Shown: positions 51,237 through 60,871 of the stretch, piece by piece | How the letters are laid out: the number at the start of each line of letters is the position of its first letter | Numbering within the stretch: position 1 is the first letter of the stretch | Assembly (NCBI GenBank): GCA_963716725.1 | Contig: CAVQUB010000012.1 | Location: forward strand, 224,001 to 288,000 | Origin: an uncultured delta proteobacterium | Lineage (GTDB): Bacteria > Myxococcota_A > Polyangia > Polyangiales > Polyangiaceae | Length of the DNA: 64,000 nucleotides | Reading direction: 5' to 3' | The notes under the pieces: model-generated | The model's input: the letters and a program-made list of their open reading frames with translations, nothing else | Databases searched by the model: none | Told to the model about the DNA's origin: nothing | Program-made: the position numbers and the translations under genes

Positions 51237-52810
51237 TTCGCCAAGGCTATGAACTGGTGCGCGAGGGGCGTGACGTGGTGGAGCAGGCCGACGTGTGTGT
51301 GGTCGGCTCTGGCTGTGGAGGCGCGTCGCTCGCGGCGTGGCTGTCGGAGCGGGGGCGTTCCGTGGTCGTGGTGGAGCAGGGCGGCTACTACACCAAGGAC
51401 GATTTCGATCAGCGCGAGCTGAACATGTTGGCGAAGATCGACGGGGGTCGGGGCCTTCACGCCAGCGACGACGTGTCGATCTCACTCACTTATGGCAACA
51501 ACGTCGGCGGCGCGAGCGTGCACTATTGGGCCGACAGCTACCGCACGCCGCGGGACCGCTTGCTGGAGTGGCGCGAGGTGTTCGGAATCCTGGGTCACAG
51601 TGAGGAGGCTCTCGCCCCCCACTTTGCCGAGATCGAGCGCGATCTGAACGTTCACCCCGCCAGCGACGTGTACGCCAACAAGATGAACGTGCTGGTCGAG
51701 CGCGGCGCGCGGGCCCTCGGTTGGCACGTGGCCCGGGTGCCCCAGGCGCGAAACGCCTGTCGCGCCAGCGGGCACTGCATGCAGGGCTGCTCCTACGACG
51801 CCAAGCAAAGCCAGCTGGTCACCTACCTGCCCCGGGCCCTGGCCGCGGGGGCGCGGCTCTATTCCGACCTGCGCGCCGAGCGCATGGAGACCGCTGGGCG
51901 CCGCGTCGAAGCGCTGGTGGGTCGGGTGCTCGATCGCGCGACCGGGCGTCCCGCGGGGCCGACGGTGCGGGTGCAAGCCCGGGCCTTCGTGATCGCGGCG
52001 GGTGGCTACGGGACGCCGGAGTTTTTGCTGCGCCAAGGGCTCGGCGACGGGCTGCCCGCGCTCGGTCAGCATCTGTTCGTGAACCCCTGCCCGATGGTGC
52101 ACGCGCTCTTCGACGAAGACATCATCCAGTGGCGCAACATCCCCGCGGCCTGGGGCGTCGAGGAGTTCCGGCTCGCGCGCTACCAAGGTGAGCGTCGCGT
52201 GTTCGGGCGACCGTCGCGGAGTCGCTACCTCGAGGGCGGCTATCTGTTCATGCCCAATCAGCTGCAGCCGGGCATGCTCGGCGCCGTACTGCCGGGGTTT
52301 GGCCGTTCCCACGCCGAGCTGATGAAGCAGCTCTCGAGGCTCGGCGGCACGATCTGCTGGATAGACGACGTCGAGCCCGGCCAGATCCGCGTCGACGGCG
52401 GACGCCGTCGCATCGAGATGCCGCTGGGCGGGGGCAACGGAGAGCGCTTGCGCGACGCGTGGAAGAAGCAGGCTCAGCTCCTGTTCCAGGTGGGAGCGAA
52501 GCAGGTGTTGTTCGGCGATGCGGAGGACACGCGGATCGAGAGCGCAGCTCAGATTGACGAAGCGGTCCGAAAGCTGGTGATTCGTCCCGGCCGAAACGTG
52601 CTGGCGGCTCCCCACCCCGGCGGGGGCGCGCGCATGGGCGCGAGCGCGCGGGACTCGGTCGTCGGCGACGATCACCGCGTGCACGGCGTAGACAACCTGT
52701 TCGTCGCGGACCCCAGCGTATTCCCCAGCCCGCCCAGCGTGGATCCGAGCCTGACCATCATGGCCTTCAGCCGGGTGGCGGCCGCGGCCGTGAACGCGGC
52801 GGTTTCGTGA
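51233..52810 (+). CDS. GMC family oxidoreductase
   Basis: VVGSGCGG FAD motif, VGGASVHY, CRASGHCMQGC, HPGGGARMG, NLFVADPSVFP. Confidence 0.9.
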   Translation: MIRQGYELVREGRDVVEQADVCVVGSGCGGASLAAWLSERGRSVVVVEQGGYYTKDDFDQRELNMLAKIDGGRGLHASDDVSISLTYGNNVGGASVHYWADSYRTPRDRLLEWREVFGILGHSEEALAPHFAEIERDLNVHPASDVYANKMNVLVERGARALGWHVARVPQARNACRASGHCMQGCSYDAKQSQLVTYLPRALAAGARLYSDLRAERMETAGRRVEALVGRVLDRATGRPAGPTVRVQARAFVIAAGGYGTPEFLLRQGLGDGLPALGQHLFVNPCPMVHALFDEDIIQWRNIPAAWGVEEFRLARYQGERRVFGRPSRSRYLEGGYLFMPNQLQPGMLGAVLPGFGRSHAELMKQLSRLGGTICWIDDVEPGQIRVDGGRRRIEMPLGGGNGERLRDAWKKQAQLLFQVGAKQVLFGDAEDTRIESAAQIDEAVRKLVIRPGRNVLAAPHPGGGARMGASARDSVVGDDHRVHGVDNLFVADPSVFPSPPSVDPSLTIMAFSRVAAAAVNAAVS

Positions 52811-53127
52811 GCGGGAAGAAGCGCCCGCGAACGGAGCGGAGAGAGCGAGAGCGGGCGGCGCAGAAGCTCGGCGAAGCACGCGAGAAGTTGGCGCGGCTCG
52901 AGGCCGGAGGGGCGCCGGAACGCCCGCTCGACGTTGCGTCCGCATCGGTCATCGAACCTCGCGTCCGCTCGGAGCCTTGCCTGCGCTGCAATGCCGCCGT
53001 GCGCGTCGATGATCACCGCGCCGCTGTTGTCGGCCAGCGCCGACTGCGTGTCGTCCGCGGCAAGTGCTCGCACTGCGGCGCCGTGCGCGACTGGTACTTC
53101 CGGCTGACGAGCGAACTCGCGAGCTGA
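52807..53127 (+). CDS. Small Zn-ribbon protein
   Basis: CLRC ... CSHC; GTGA overlap with the GMC gene. Confidence 0.7.
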   Translation: MSGKKRPRTERRERERAAQKLGEAREKLARLEAGGAPERPLDVASASVIEPRVRSEPCLRCNAAVRVDDHRAAVVGQRRLRVVRGKCSHCGAVRDWYFRLTSELAS

Positions 53128-53151
53128 GTTTTCCCGTCTGCCCGCACCGGG

Positions 53152-55116
53152 TTAGAACGCGTTCTCCAGTTGCTCGATGTCCTTCTTGAGGTCGTACATC
53201 CTGGGCGCGGGGCGAGGGGCAGCGCCGCTCGGTTTAGCGGCTGCCGGGCTGCCGTCGCGCGCCTGGTTGCGCTTCATCTCCAGCATCAGGGTCGGCGGAT
53301 ACTCGATTGAATACTGGATCTCGAACTTCCGCTTTTCCTTCGGCTTTAGGCTGAGAGGCCAGCGGAGGATGCCTTTGGAATCTGGCTTGGCGTCGGGGCT
53401 GATTTTGACGCCGCTGATCACGATATCTCTGTCTTCGGACACAGGGATGCGATCGGCCAACTGCAACGTCACCGGCTTGCTGGAGAGGTTCTCGACGGTG
53501 ACGATGAACGCCAGCTGCATCTGGGTGCGCTGCTTTCGAACCAGCGCACTGCGCTTCTTGTCGAGCGCTCTCGAGAGCTTGAGCTGATCGGCTACGCTCA
53601 GGAACAGCGCGAAGGGCTCTCCGTCGGCGACGAAGTCGAGGTTGGTCATGCCGAGGAAGGCGCCGGCCTGGTACAGGGCGACGTTGCCTGGCAAGAGCGG
53701 CTGCCCGCTCTCGTTGTGCATCTCGAGGGTTTGGGCGGCGTTGAGGGACTGCTCGGGAGCAGCGACGACAGCCTTCTTCGCCTTCAGGTTCACGCGGCCG
53801 ATGGGCACCCTCACCGAGCGGCCGTTGGCCCGCACCTTGGTCGTGCTCATCGCCTTGAACTGGGCCGTGGTCCCGCGCTGCTGGAGGCTCTGGAAGATCT
53901 CGACCGTCTTGCTCTGCACCACCTGCAGGTACTCGAAGTTCGTCTTGTAGCTCTGCTCGAAGTCGCTGCTGAGGTCGACGCTCTGCACCCGCTTGTTCCA
54001 AAGGTGATTTTGACCCTTGAAGGCCGCTTCGGCTCGCCTGAACGACGCTGACCGCCTCTCGATGCTTTGGGTCGCGGCCCGGGTGTCGCCGAGCGTGAGC
54101 GCCTCGAGCTCGGGAATGCGGACCGCCGCGGTGGAGGACTGGGTCGAGAAGCTCAGTTCCGCGTTGTCCCAATCCTCCCCGCTGGCCTGGGTCACGACCG
54201 CGAAGGAGGTGACCTCGACCGACGTCGGATCGGCGTCGGCCGCACGAAGCTCGTGCACGGTCTCCCACGTCGCGCCCGGAAGCATGTACTCCAGCACCAA
54301 CTGACCCTCGGTCGGCGTAGCGCCCTGCACGGTTACGAAGACCCGCGTCTCTTCGAGCTGGGTCAGACCGCGCAGCTCGTCGAGCCGCTTCTTGGCGGCT
54401 TTGAGCTCGGGACCGAGCTTCTCGCGTTCGGCCTGGACGGCGCGCCGGGCCTTGGCCGTCTCGCGCAGTGTCTTGGCGATGAACTCGACTACCGCCGCAT
54501 AGGTCGCGACGCCGATTCTTCCGCCGACTGCGGCGTGGCGGCCGCTCCCGACTTCGCCGGCGACCACGTCCTTGTCGAGCTTGTCGAGGGAGAATGTCTT
54601 GATGTCCTCGACCTGCTTGTTCTTCGCGTCCAGCACCTTCAGCTCGTCATCGAGCGCGCCTGTTCGATGGGCCAGCGCCCGAGCGTGCGCCTCGGCCTTG
54701 CGGTGGTTCCGCTCGGTCGCTCGGGCCAGGTAGCTCCTGCTGACCCTCACGTCCAAGATGCGGCCGGCGGTCGAGGAGACACGCACCGAGCCATCGTCCA
54801 CCCAGCCCGGGAGCTGCTTGAAGGCGTAGACCGTTGGTCCAGTGGTGATCTTGGCCTTGGCCTCGCGTGTCACGAGCGCCCGGTCCGAATAGACGGTCAC
54901 CTTTCGGATCGAGGACGAGAGCGAGACCGCGTGGGGATCGTCCGGCCCCGGGTCCACCAGACCCGCCCTTGGCGTGGACGGATCGAGCCCGCCGGCCCCG
55001 CCGCTGGGCGTCTTGGCCGAGGAGGGGGCCGTGGCAGTCGTCGCCGCACATCCCATGAGCAGCCACGCCCCGAGGCAAATCCAAGTCAAGCGCCCGAAGG
55101 CTCGCGTCTCCGACAT
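53152..55116 (-). CDS. DUF4140/DUF4139 (MuiA-like) lipoprotein
   Basis: Lipobox LMGC; IRKVTVYSDRALVTR, QASGEDWDNAELSFST, DRIPVSED, GILRW. Confidence 0.88.
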   Translation of the reverse strand: MSETRAFGRLTWICLGAWLLMGCAATTATAPSSAKTPSGGAGGLDPSTPRAGLVDPGPDDPHAVSLSSSIRKVTVYSDRALVTREAKAKITTGPTVYAFKQLPGWVDDGSVRVSSTAGRILDVRVSRSYLARATERNHRKAEAHARALAHRTGALDDELKVLDAKNKQVEDIKTFSLDKLDKDVVAGEVGSGRHAAVGGRIGVATYAAVVEFIAKTLRETAKARRAVQAEREKLGPELKAAKKRLDELRGLTQLEETRVFVTVQGATPTEGQLVLEYMLPGATWETVHELRAADADPTSVEVTSFAVVTQASGEDWDNAELSFSTQSSTAAVRIPELEALTLGDTRAATQSIERRSASFRRAEAAFKGQNHLWNKRVQSVDLSSDFEQSYKTNFEYLQVVQSKTVEIFQSLQQRGTTAQFKAMSTTKVRANGRSVRVPIGRVNLKAKKAVVAAPEQSLNAAQTLEMHNESGQPLLPGNVALYQAGAFLGMTNLDFVADGEPFALFLSVADQLKLSRALDKKRSALVRKQRTQMQLAFIVTVENLSSKPVTLQLADRIPVSEDRDIVISGVKISPDAKPDSKGILRWPLSLKPKEKRKFEIQYSIEYPPTLMLEMKRNQARDGSPAAAKPSGAAPRPAPRMYDLKKDIEQLENAF

Positions 55117-55246
55117 CAGTTCCCCTGCATACGCTCGTCGGCGCCCTCCGATCTGAAATTAGGTAGATTCCGCCTCGCCACCCTGCGAGGCCTCGGGCTC
55201 CCGAGCCGACTTCTCGGCTCCAGCCGCGCGTGCGAGGCTCGTCGTC

Positions 55247-56902
55247 ATGACGATCCTGACGGAGACCCCGGCCTGGCGCGCCCTGGCGCTGCATCAGCAG
55301 GACCTCGCCGGCACCTCGATGCGGCAGCTCTTCGCGGCGGATCCGGAGCGCTTTCAGCGATTCACGCTGCAATTGCCCGGAATGCTGCTGGACTTCTCCA
55401 AGCATCGAGTGACCGGGGAGACGATCGCGCTCCTGGTGAAGCTCGCCGAGGTGGCCGGGGTGCAGCCTCGCATCGAGCAGATGTTCGCCGGGGAGGCCAT
55501 CAACACCACGGAGCAACGGCCCGTCTTTCACGTGGCGCTCCGGAATCGCTCGGGCGCATCCATGACGACCCTGGGCAAAGACGTGATGCCGGACGTGCTG
55601 GCGGTGCTCGCCAAGATGCGCCGCCTCGTCGCCGCGCTCGAGAGCGGAGCGTGGCGCGGCCACACTGGCAAGAAGATCCACGACATCGTCAACATCGGGA
55701 TTGGCGGCTCGGATCTGGGGCCGGTCATGGCGACCGAGGCGCTGCGGCCATTTTGGAGAGCGGACATCGATGTGCATTTCGTCTCCAACATCGACGGCAC
55801 CCACCTCTCGGAGACCCTGCGGCGCCTCGACCCTGAAACAACCCTGTTTTCCGTCGCATCCAAGACCTTCACCACTCAGGAGACGCTGACCAACGCGCGA
55901 TCGGCCCGCGACTGGTTGGTGCGACGGCTGGGGGACGAGTCGGCGGTGAGAAAGCACTTCGTCGCGCTCTCGACCAACACCAAGGCCGTCAGCGAGTTCG
56001 GCATCGATCCGGAGAACATGTTCGAGTTCTGGGATTGGGTCGGCGGGCGCTACTCGCTGTGGTCCGCCATCGGCTTGCCCATCGCCTGCGCGATCGGCAT
56101 GGATCGATTCGAAGAGATGCTCGCGGGGGCTCACGAAGTCGACCAGCACTTCCAAAGCGCGCCGCTGGCCACGAACGCCCCGGTGTTGATGGCGCTGCTC
56201 GGTGTTTGGTACTCCGGATTTTTCGGCGCGGCCTCCCACGCTATCCTGCCCTACGACCAGTACCTGCACCGCTTCGCGGCCTACCTGCAGCAGGCGGATA
56301 TGGAGAGCAACGGCAAGGGGGTCGACCGGAGCGGGCGACCCATCACGGGCTACGACACCGGCCCCATCGTGTTCGGCGAGCCGGGCACCAACGGCCAGCA
56401 CGCGTTCTACCAGCTGATTCATCAAGGCACGCGGCTCGTTCCCGCGGACTTCATCGCGCCCGTGAAGTCGCAGAACCCTCTGGGGCAGCACCACGACATC
56501 TTGCTCGCGAACTTCTTCGCTCAGACCGAGGCGCTGATGCGCGGCAAGACCCTCGACGAGGTGGACGCGGAGCTCGAGCGCAGCGGAGCGAGCACCGAGC
56601 GCATCGCCGCGCTGCGCCAGCACAAGGTGTTCACCGGCAATCGGCCCACGACCTCCATTGTGCTCGATGAGCTCGATCCACGGACCCTGGGCCGATTGGT
56701 CGCGCTCTACGAGCACAAGATCTTCGTGCAAGGCGTGATCTGGGACGTCAACAGCTTCGACCAGTGGGGTGTCGAGTTGGGCAAGCAGCTGGCCAACGCC
56801 ATCTTGCCCGAGCTGAGCGACGATCGTCCGGTGGCCGGCCACGACGGATCCACCAACGGGCTCATCAACCACATGAAGCGCGTCCGGTCGCGATTCGATT
56901 GA
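55247..56902 (+). CDS. pgi: Glucose-6-phosphate isomerase
   Basis: [47 protein letters not shown]. Confidence 0.97.
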   Translation: MTILTETPAWRALALHQQDLAGTSMRQLFAADPERFQRFTLQLPGMLLDFSKHRVTGETIALLVKLAEVAGVQPRIEQMFAGEAINTTEQRPVFHVALRNRSGASMTTLGKDVMPDVLAVLAKMRRLVAALESGAWRGHTGKKIHDIVNIGIGGSDLGPVMATEALRPFWRADIDVHFVSNIDGTHLSETLRRLDPETTLFSVASKTFTTQETLTNARSARDWLVRRLGDESAVRKHFVALSTNTKAVSEFGIDPENMFEFWDWVGGRYSLWSAIGLPIACAIGMDRFEEMLAGAHEVDQHFQSAPLATNAPVLMALLGVWYSGFFGAASHAILPYDQYLHRFAAYLQQADMESNGKGVDRSGRPITGYDTGPIVFGEPGTNGQHAFYQLIHQGTRLVPADFIAPVKSQNPLGQHHDILLANFFAQTEALMRGKTLDEVDAELERSGASTERIAALRQHKVFTGNRPTTSIVLDELDPRTLGRLVALYEHKIFVQGVIWDVNSFDQWGVELGKQLANAILPELSDDRPVAGHDGSTNGLINHMKRVRSRFD

Positions 56903-56935
56903 CGCAGGGTACTGCCTTCGGGCAATAGCTAGGAG

Positions 56936-57316
56936 ATGGACATGGGAGCGGGGATCGGGATCATCGTCACTGTCGTCAGCCTGCTCTTCACGCTGGTGGT
57001 GATGGCGGGCGTGGGCTTCGTGATGTGGAAGGTGTTCGGCGGGCTGATGAAGCAGTCCCAGGAACGCCAGCGCCTGCTGACGACTGGCATGCCGGCCACT
57101 GGACGCGTGCTTCAACTCGCGGACACCGGCATGCTGGTGAACCACAACCCGCAGGTGCGCATCATCGTCGAGGTGCAGATGCCCGGTCGCCCGCCCTATC
57201 AGGCGGACACGACCATGGTCCTGTCGATGTTGGCGGTGCCTCGCGTGCAGCCCGGGTGCACGGTCAACCTGCGCGTCGATCCGATGAATCCGGCCAGCAT
57301 CGCGATCTTGATTTGA
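56936..57316 (+). CDS. Membrane-anchored small beta-domain protein (DUF3592-like)
   Basis: N-terminal TM; GMPATGRV...QPGCTVNLRVDPMNP; AGGAG RBS. Confidence 0.65.
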   Translation: MDMGAGIGIIVTVVSLLFTLVVMAGVGFVMWKVFGGLMKQSQERQRLLTTGMPATGRVLQLADTGMLVNHNPQVRIIVEVQMPGRPPYQADTTMVLSMLAVPRVQPGCTVNLRVDPMNPASIAILI

Positions 57317-57343
57317 CGCCGCACGGCCCGCGTCGGGCCGCGC

Positions 57344-58717
57344 CTACCCCGCCCGCAGGTGGTACGCCTTGGGCTTCGTGAACGCCTCGATGCCGTAGCT
57401 CGAGAGCGTGCAGCCGATGCCGGAGTGACCGCGGCCCGACCAGGGCAGGCGCGGGCTCACTCGGTCGCAACAGTTCCAATACGCGGTGCCGACGTCGAGT
57501 TCGCTCAGGATGGCCTCGGCTCGCGTACGGCTCGCGGAGTAGACCGCCGCGGTGAGTCCGTATTCGGTGTCCGCCATCAGCTCTCGGGCGGCCACGTCCG
57601 AGGGGACCTTCATCAGGCCGATGACGGGGCCAAAGGACTCGTCGCGCATGACAAGCATGTCGTGGGTGACGTCGACCAGCACCGTCGGCTCGAAGAAGAA
57701 GCCGGGTCGGTCGGCCTTGCGCCCTCCCGTGAGCAGCTTGGCCCCGCGGCGCAGCGCATCGGCGATCTGGTCTTCGAGGGTAGCCAGGGCGAGCTCGCGC
57801 CGGGCGAGTGGTCCGATGTAGGTGTCGGGATCGGTCGGATCGCCGAGCACGAAGGCCTTCACCACCGCAGTAAACTCCCGCACGAAGGGATCCCAGATGG
57901 ATTCGTGGACGTAGACGCGCTCGACGGCGCAGCAGCTCTGCCCGGTGTTGTAGAAGGCGCCGTCGGCGGTGGCCGCGGCGGCTTGCTTCGGATCCACGTC
58001 GTCGCACACATAGGCCGGATCCTTGCCGCCGAGCTCGAGCTGAAGCCGAATCATGCGGTGCGCGAGCGCCTGCGCGATGCGAGCGCCGGTGGCGTGCGAG
58101 CCCGTGAAGAAGGCGCCATCGACCCGCTGCTCGATCAGCGCGGCCCCCACACTGCCGCCGCCGATGACGCTCACGAAGGCGTCGTGGGGGACCCCCGAGT
58201 CGTGCAAAGCCTGCTCGATGCCGAGCCCCGTGAGCGTCGCGTATTCACTCGGCTTGTACAGCACCGAGTTCCCGGTCAGCAGCGCCGGCACGAACACGTT
58301 GGCGCCGACGAAGAAGGGGTAGTTCCAGGCGCTGACGTTGGCGACGACGCCCAGCGGTTCGTGGCGGATGCGCTCCTCGGTGCCGCCGGCGTCGGCCGTG
58401 GCCACGATCTCGTCCTCGATCTCGGGCCCGGTGTGGTCCAGGAAGAAGTCGATGCGAGCGCCGAGCGCGCCGAGCTCGTTTCGTGACTGCGCGAGCGGCT
58501 TACCCACTTCGCTCGTGAGCGTGAGCGCGAGGGCTTCGCGCCGCTCGGCGATCGTGTCGCGGAAGCGTCTCAGATGGTCGGCTCGGATCGGAAACGGTGT
58601 CTGGGCCCACGCTCGCTGCCCGCGCCGTGCTCGGGCCACCTTTTCGGCCACCGAGTCCCGCGTATCCTCGCCGATCTCCTCCAGCGTTTGCCCAGTCGCA
58701 GGGTTGACGATGCGCAT
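57344..58717 (-). CDS. Aldehyde dehydrogenase
   Basis: NPATG, AWNYP, FTGS, LELGGKDP, GQSCCAVER, ESFGPV. Confidence 0.93.
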   Translation of the reverse strand: MRIVNPATGQTLEEIGEDTRDSVAEKVARARRGQRAWAQTPFPIRADHLRRFRDTIAERREALALTLTSEVGKPLAQSRNELGALGARIDFFLDHTGPEIEDEIVATADAGGTEERIRHEPLGVVANVSAWNYPFFVGANVFVPALLTGNSVLYKPSEYATLTGLGIEQALHDSGVPHDAFVSVIGGGSVGAALIEQRVDGAFFTGSHATGARIAQALAHRMIRLQLELGGKDPAYVCDDVDPKQAAAATADGAFYNTGQSCCAVERVYVHESIWDPFVREFTAVVKAFVLGDPTDPDTYIGPLARRELALATLEDQIADALRRGAKLLTGGRKADRPGFFFEPTVLVDVTHDMLVMRDESFGPVIGLMKVPSDVAARELMADTEYGLTAAVYSASRTRAEAILSELDVGTAYWNCCDRVSPRLPWSGRGHSGIGCTLSSYGIEAFTKPKAYHLRAG

Positions 58718-58762
58718 GGCGGGTTCATATCACGCCGCTGACCACCGGTCGCGAGCCGGAGT

Positions 58763-59236
58763 ATGCTGTGCGTCGTGCCGCCAACCTTCGACCAAGTCTG
58801 CCGGGCGACGCGAGCGGAACTCGAAACGCTCTACGCCGAGCAATGCCCGGTCGCGATTCCGACGGGTGTGTGGAGGGGCCGGCACCTGATGTGGCTCGAC
58901 ACCGAGGCCGCGCGCCATCCCATCTTGCGCCCGCTGGAGGAGCTCGTGTTCGCGCGCCTGCCCTGGAGTATCGACTTCGATCGCCGGCGCTGGTTCTGGC
59001 TGGGCATGCCGATCGGGGTCGGACACTTCAGTCCGAGCGCCGGGCCCTCGCGCTGGCGAGACGCTGAGACGCTTCGCCTTTTGTACGACGACCGAGCGCT
59101 GCCGGGGTTCGTGAATCAGTTCTTGTACGACGAGGTCAAGCCGCTCTCGGACGATCTCTGCCTGGGACTCGGCGGGATCTCCGCGGGGCGCGGCAAGGGC
59201 GAGCAGTTCTTCTTCGCGCTCACCCGCAGCGACTGA
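58763..59236 (+). CDS. Hypothetical protein (GXWXG-like)
   Basis: PTGVWRG and YDEVKPLSDDLCLGLG motifs. Confidence 0.6.
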   Translation: MLCVVPPTFDQVCRATRAELETLYAEQCPVAIPTGVWRGRHLMWLDTEAARHPILRPLEELVFARLPWSIDFDRRRWFWLGMPIGVGHFSPSAGPSRWRDAETLRLLYDDRALPGFVNQFLYDEVKPLSDDLCLGLGGISAGRGKGEQFFFALTRSD

Positions 59237-59253
59237 ACTTCGGCGGAAGGGGC

Positions 59254-60006
59254 TCAACGCTGGGCGCGCGCCGCGAGCACGGCGTCCGCGACGATTCGAC
59301 CGAGCACGGCGATGGTCGCGCGTCCTTCTTCCGCGGTCGCGCCCGACGGCGAGCCGAAGTAGGCGCGATCGCCGCCCGCCGCTTCGAAGCTGGTCAGCCC
59401 CTCGCGGATGGCTCGCGACAAGCTGGCGGGGTTGTCCGGGAGCGACCGCGCGAGGTCCTGGTTCACCAGGTCGGGGCGCTCGGCCAACACCATCGAACCC
59501 TCGTACTGGCCCGCATGACACGCGCCGCTCTTGAACTCGTCTGTGAGGCGGAGCGCCCACGGCTTGCGAGTGACGTCGGGGAACACGACCTGGGTCTTTC
59601 CCGCGAGCGCTTCGACGGCAGCGCAGAGCGAGCCGATGTGGTTGGGCTCGAGGTGCGCGTTGGCGAGAACGAGCCGCGAGAGGCCGTGGCTGGCCAGGGC
59701 CTCGGCGATGTCGACGACCAGCGCTGTGACCGTCTCGGGGCGGACCGAAATCGTGCCCGCGAAGCCCGCGGCGTAGCCCGCCGAGGTGTAGGCCAGCGGC
59801 GGCGCCACCAGCGCGCGCACGCCGTGGACAGCGAGCTCCTCGCATCCAGCGAAGGCCATGGACTCGGCGATGATCACGTCGGTGGAGAGCGGGAGGTGCG
59901 GGCCGTGCGCCTCCGTGGCGCCCACCGGGAGGATCACCCAAAGCTCGTGTTTGTCCAGATCGCGCAGCGTCTCCCAAGTGAGATCCGCCAGGCGCGACAC
60001 GCTCAC
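59254..60006 (-). CDS. Creatininase family protein
   Basis: LPVGATEAHGPHLPLSTD, NAH, CHAGQYEGS; GTG start overlaps the esterase stop. Confidence 0.9.
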   Translation of the reverse strand: MSVSRLADLTWETLRDLDKHELWVILPVGATEAHGPHLPLSTDVIIAESMAFAGCEELAVHGVRALVAPPLAYTSAGYAAGFAGTISVRPETVTALVVDIAEALASHGLSRLVLANAHLEPNHIGSLCAAVEALAGKTQVVFPDVTRKPWALRLTDEFKSGACHAGQYEGSMVLAERPDLVNQDLARSLPDNPASLSRAIREGLTSFEAAGGDRAYFGSPSGATAEEGRATIAVLGRIVADAVLAARAQR

Positions 60007-60794
60007 GACACCTTGCCGACGCGCTCGGCGAACTCGGCGATCTGCTCGACCAAGAGATCGAAGTCGTGGTCGAGGGTCGCGACGTGATACGAGCGCGGCA
60101 GCACGAGTTCGGTGGCGAAGCCGCTCGGCAGCATCTCGATCAGCGCGCGGGAATTCTGGGGCGGGACGCTGTGATCCTCGGGCGAGTAGGCCACCAGCAC
60201 CGGCAGCTTCAGCGCTTCGACGCCGCGGCGGATCCGCGGAAGCTGCTTCAAGAACGAGTTGCCGGATTTCGTCGGCAGCGTGTCGTAGGCTTTCTCGTCG
60301 CCACCTTTGGCGATGTCGTTCTTGATCAGACCCCCGAGCGATGCCGGCACGACCGGCAGCAAGTGCTCGAGCACGGGCGCCGCCTTGGCCAACGCGCCCT
60401 CCCGGTCGAGGACGGTGCAGTTGATGGGGACCACACCGGCGACTCTGTCCGGGCGCGCGCAGGCGACGTCGAGCGCAATCGTTCCACCCATGCTCAGGCC
60501 CGAGAGCACGACCCGCTTGCCGCGCTGCAACAGGTCGCTGAGCGCGCGGTCCATCTCCCAGCGCCAATCGCCGTAGCGCGTGGCGGCCATGTCGCGCCAG
60601 TGCGTGCCGTGGCCCGGCAGGCGGATCACCTCGACGGCAAAGCCTCGGGCGGCCAGCGCTTCGCCCAGGGGACGAGTGGCCGTCGGGTTGCCGGTGAAGC
60701 CGTGGCTCACGACGATGCCGATGTCGGATCGCGCGCCGGAGCCCGGCGACGACCAGGCCTCGGCTCCAGGCAGGACGGGAAATCGTTCGGACAT
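60003..60794 (-). CDS. Alpha/beta hydrolase (carboxylesterase/monoacylglycerol lipase-like)
   Basis: HGFTG, LPGHGT, GLSMGG nucleophile, EDHSV, SYHVATLD. Confidence 0.9.
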   Translation of the reverse strand: MSERFPVLPGAEAWSSPGSGARSDIGIVVSHGFTGNPTATRPLGEALAARGFAVEVIRLPGHGTHWRDMAATRYGDWRWEMDRALSDLLQRGKRVVLSGLSMGGTIALDVACARPDRVAGVVPINCTVLDREGALAKAAPVLEHLLPVVPASLGGLIKNDIAKGGDEKAYDTLPTKSGNSFLKQLPRIRRGVEALKLPVLVAYSPEDHSVPPQNSRALIEMLPSGFATELVLPRSYHVATLDHDFDLLVEQIAEFAERVGKVS

Positions 60795-60871
60795 GCGCGC
60801 AGCATAGTGGGCAACGGGCGCGTCGGTCCACGCACTTGACCGCGCGCGCCGTCGGTCGTTTCGTGGCCCGC

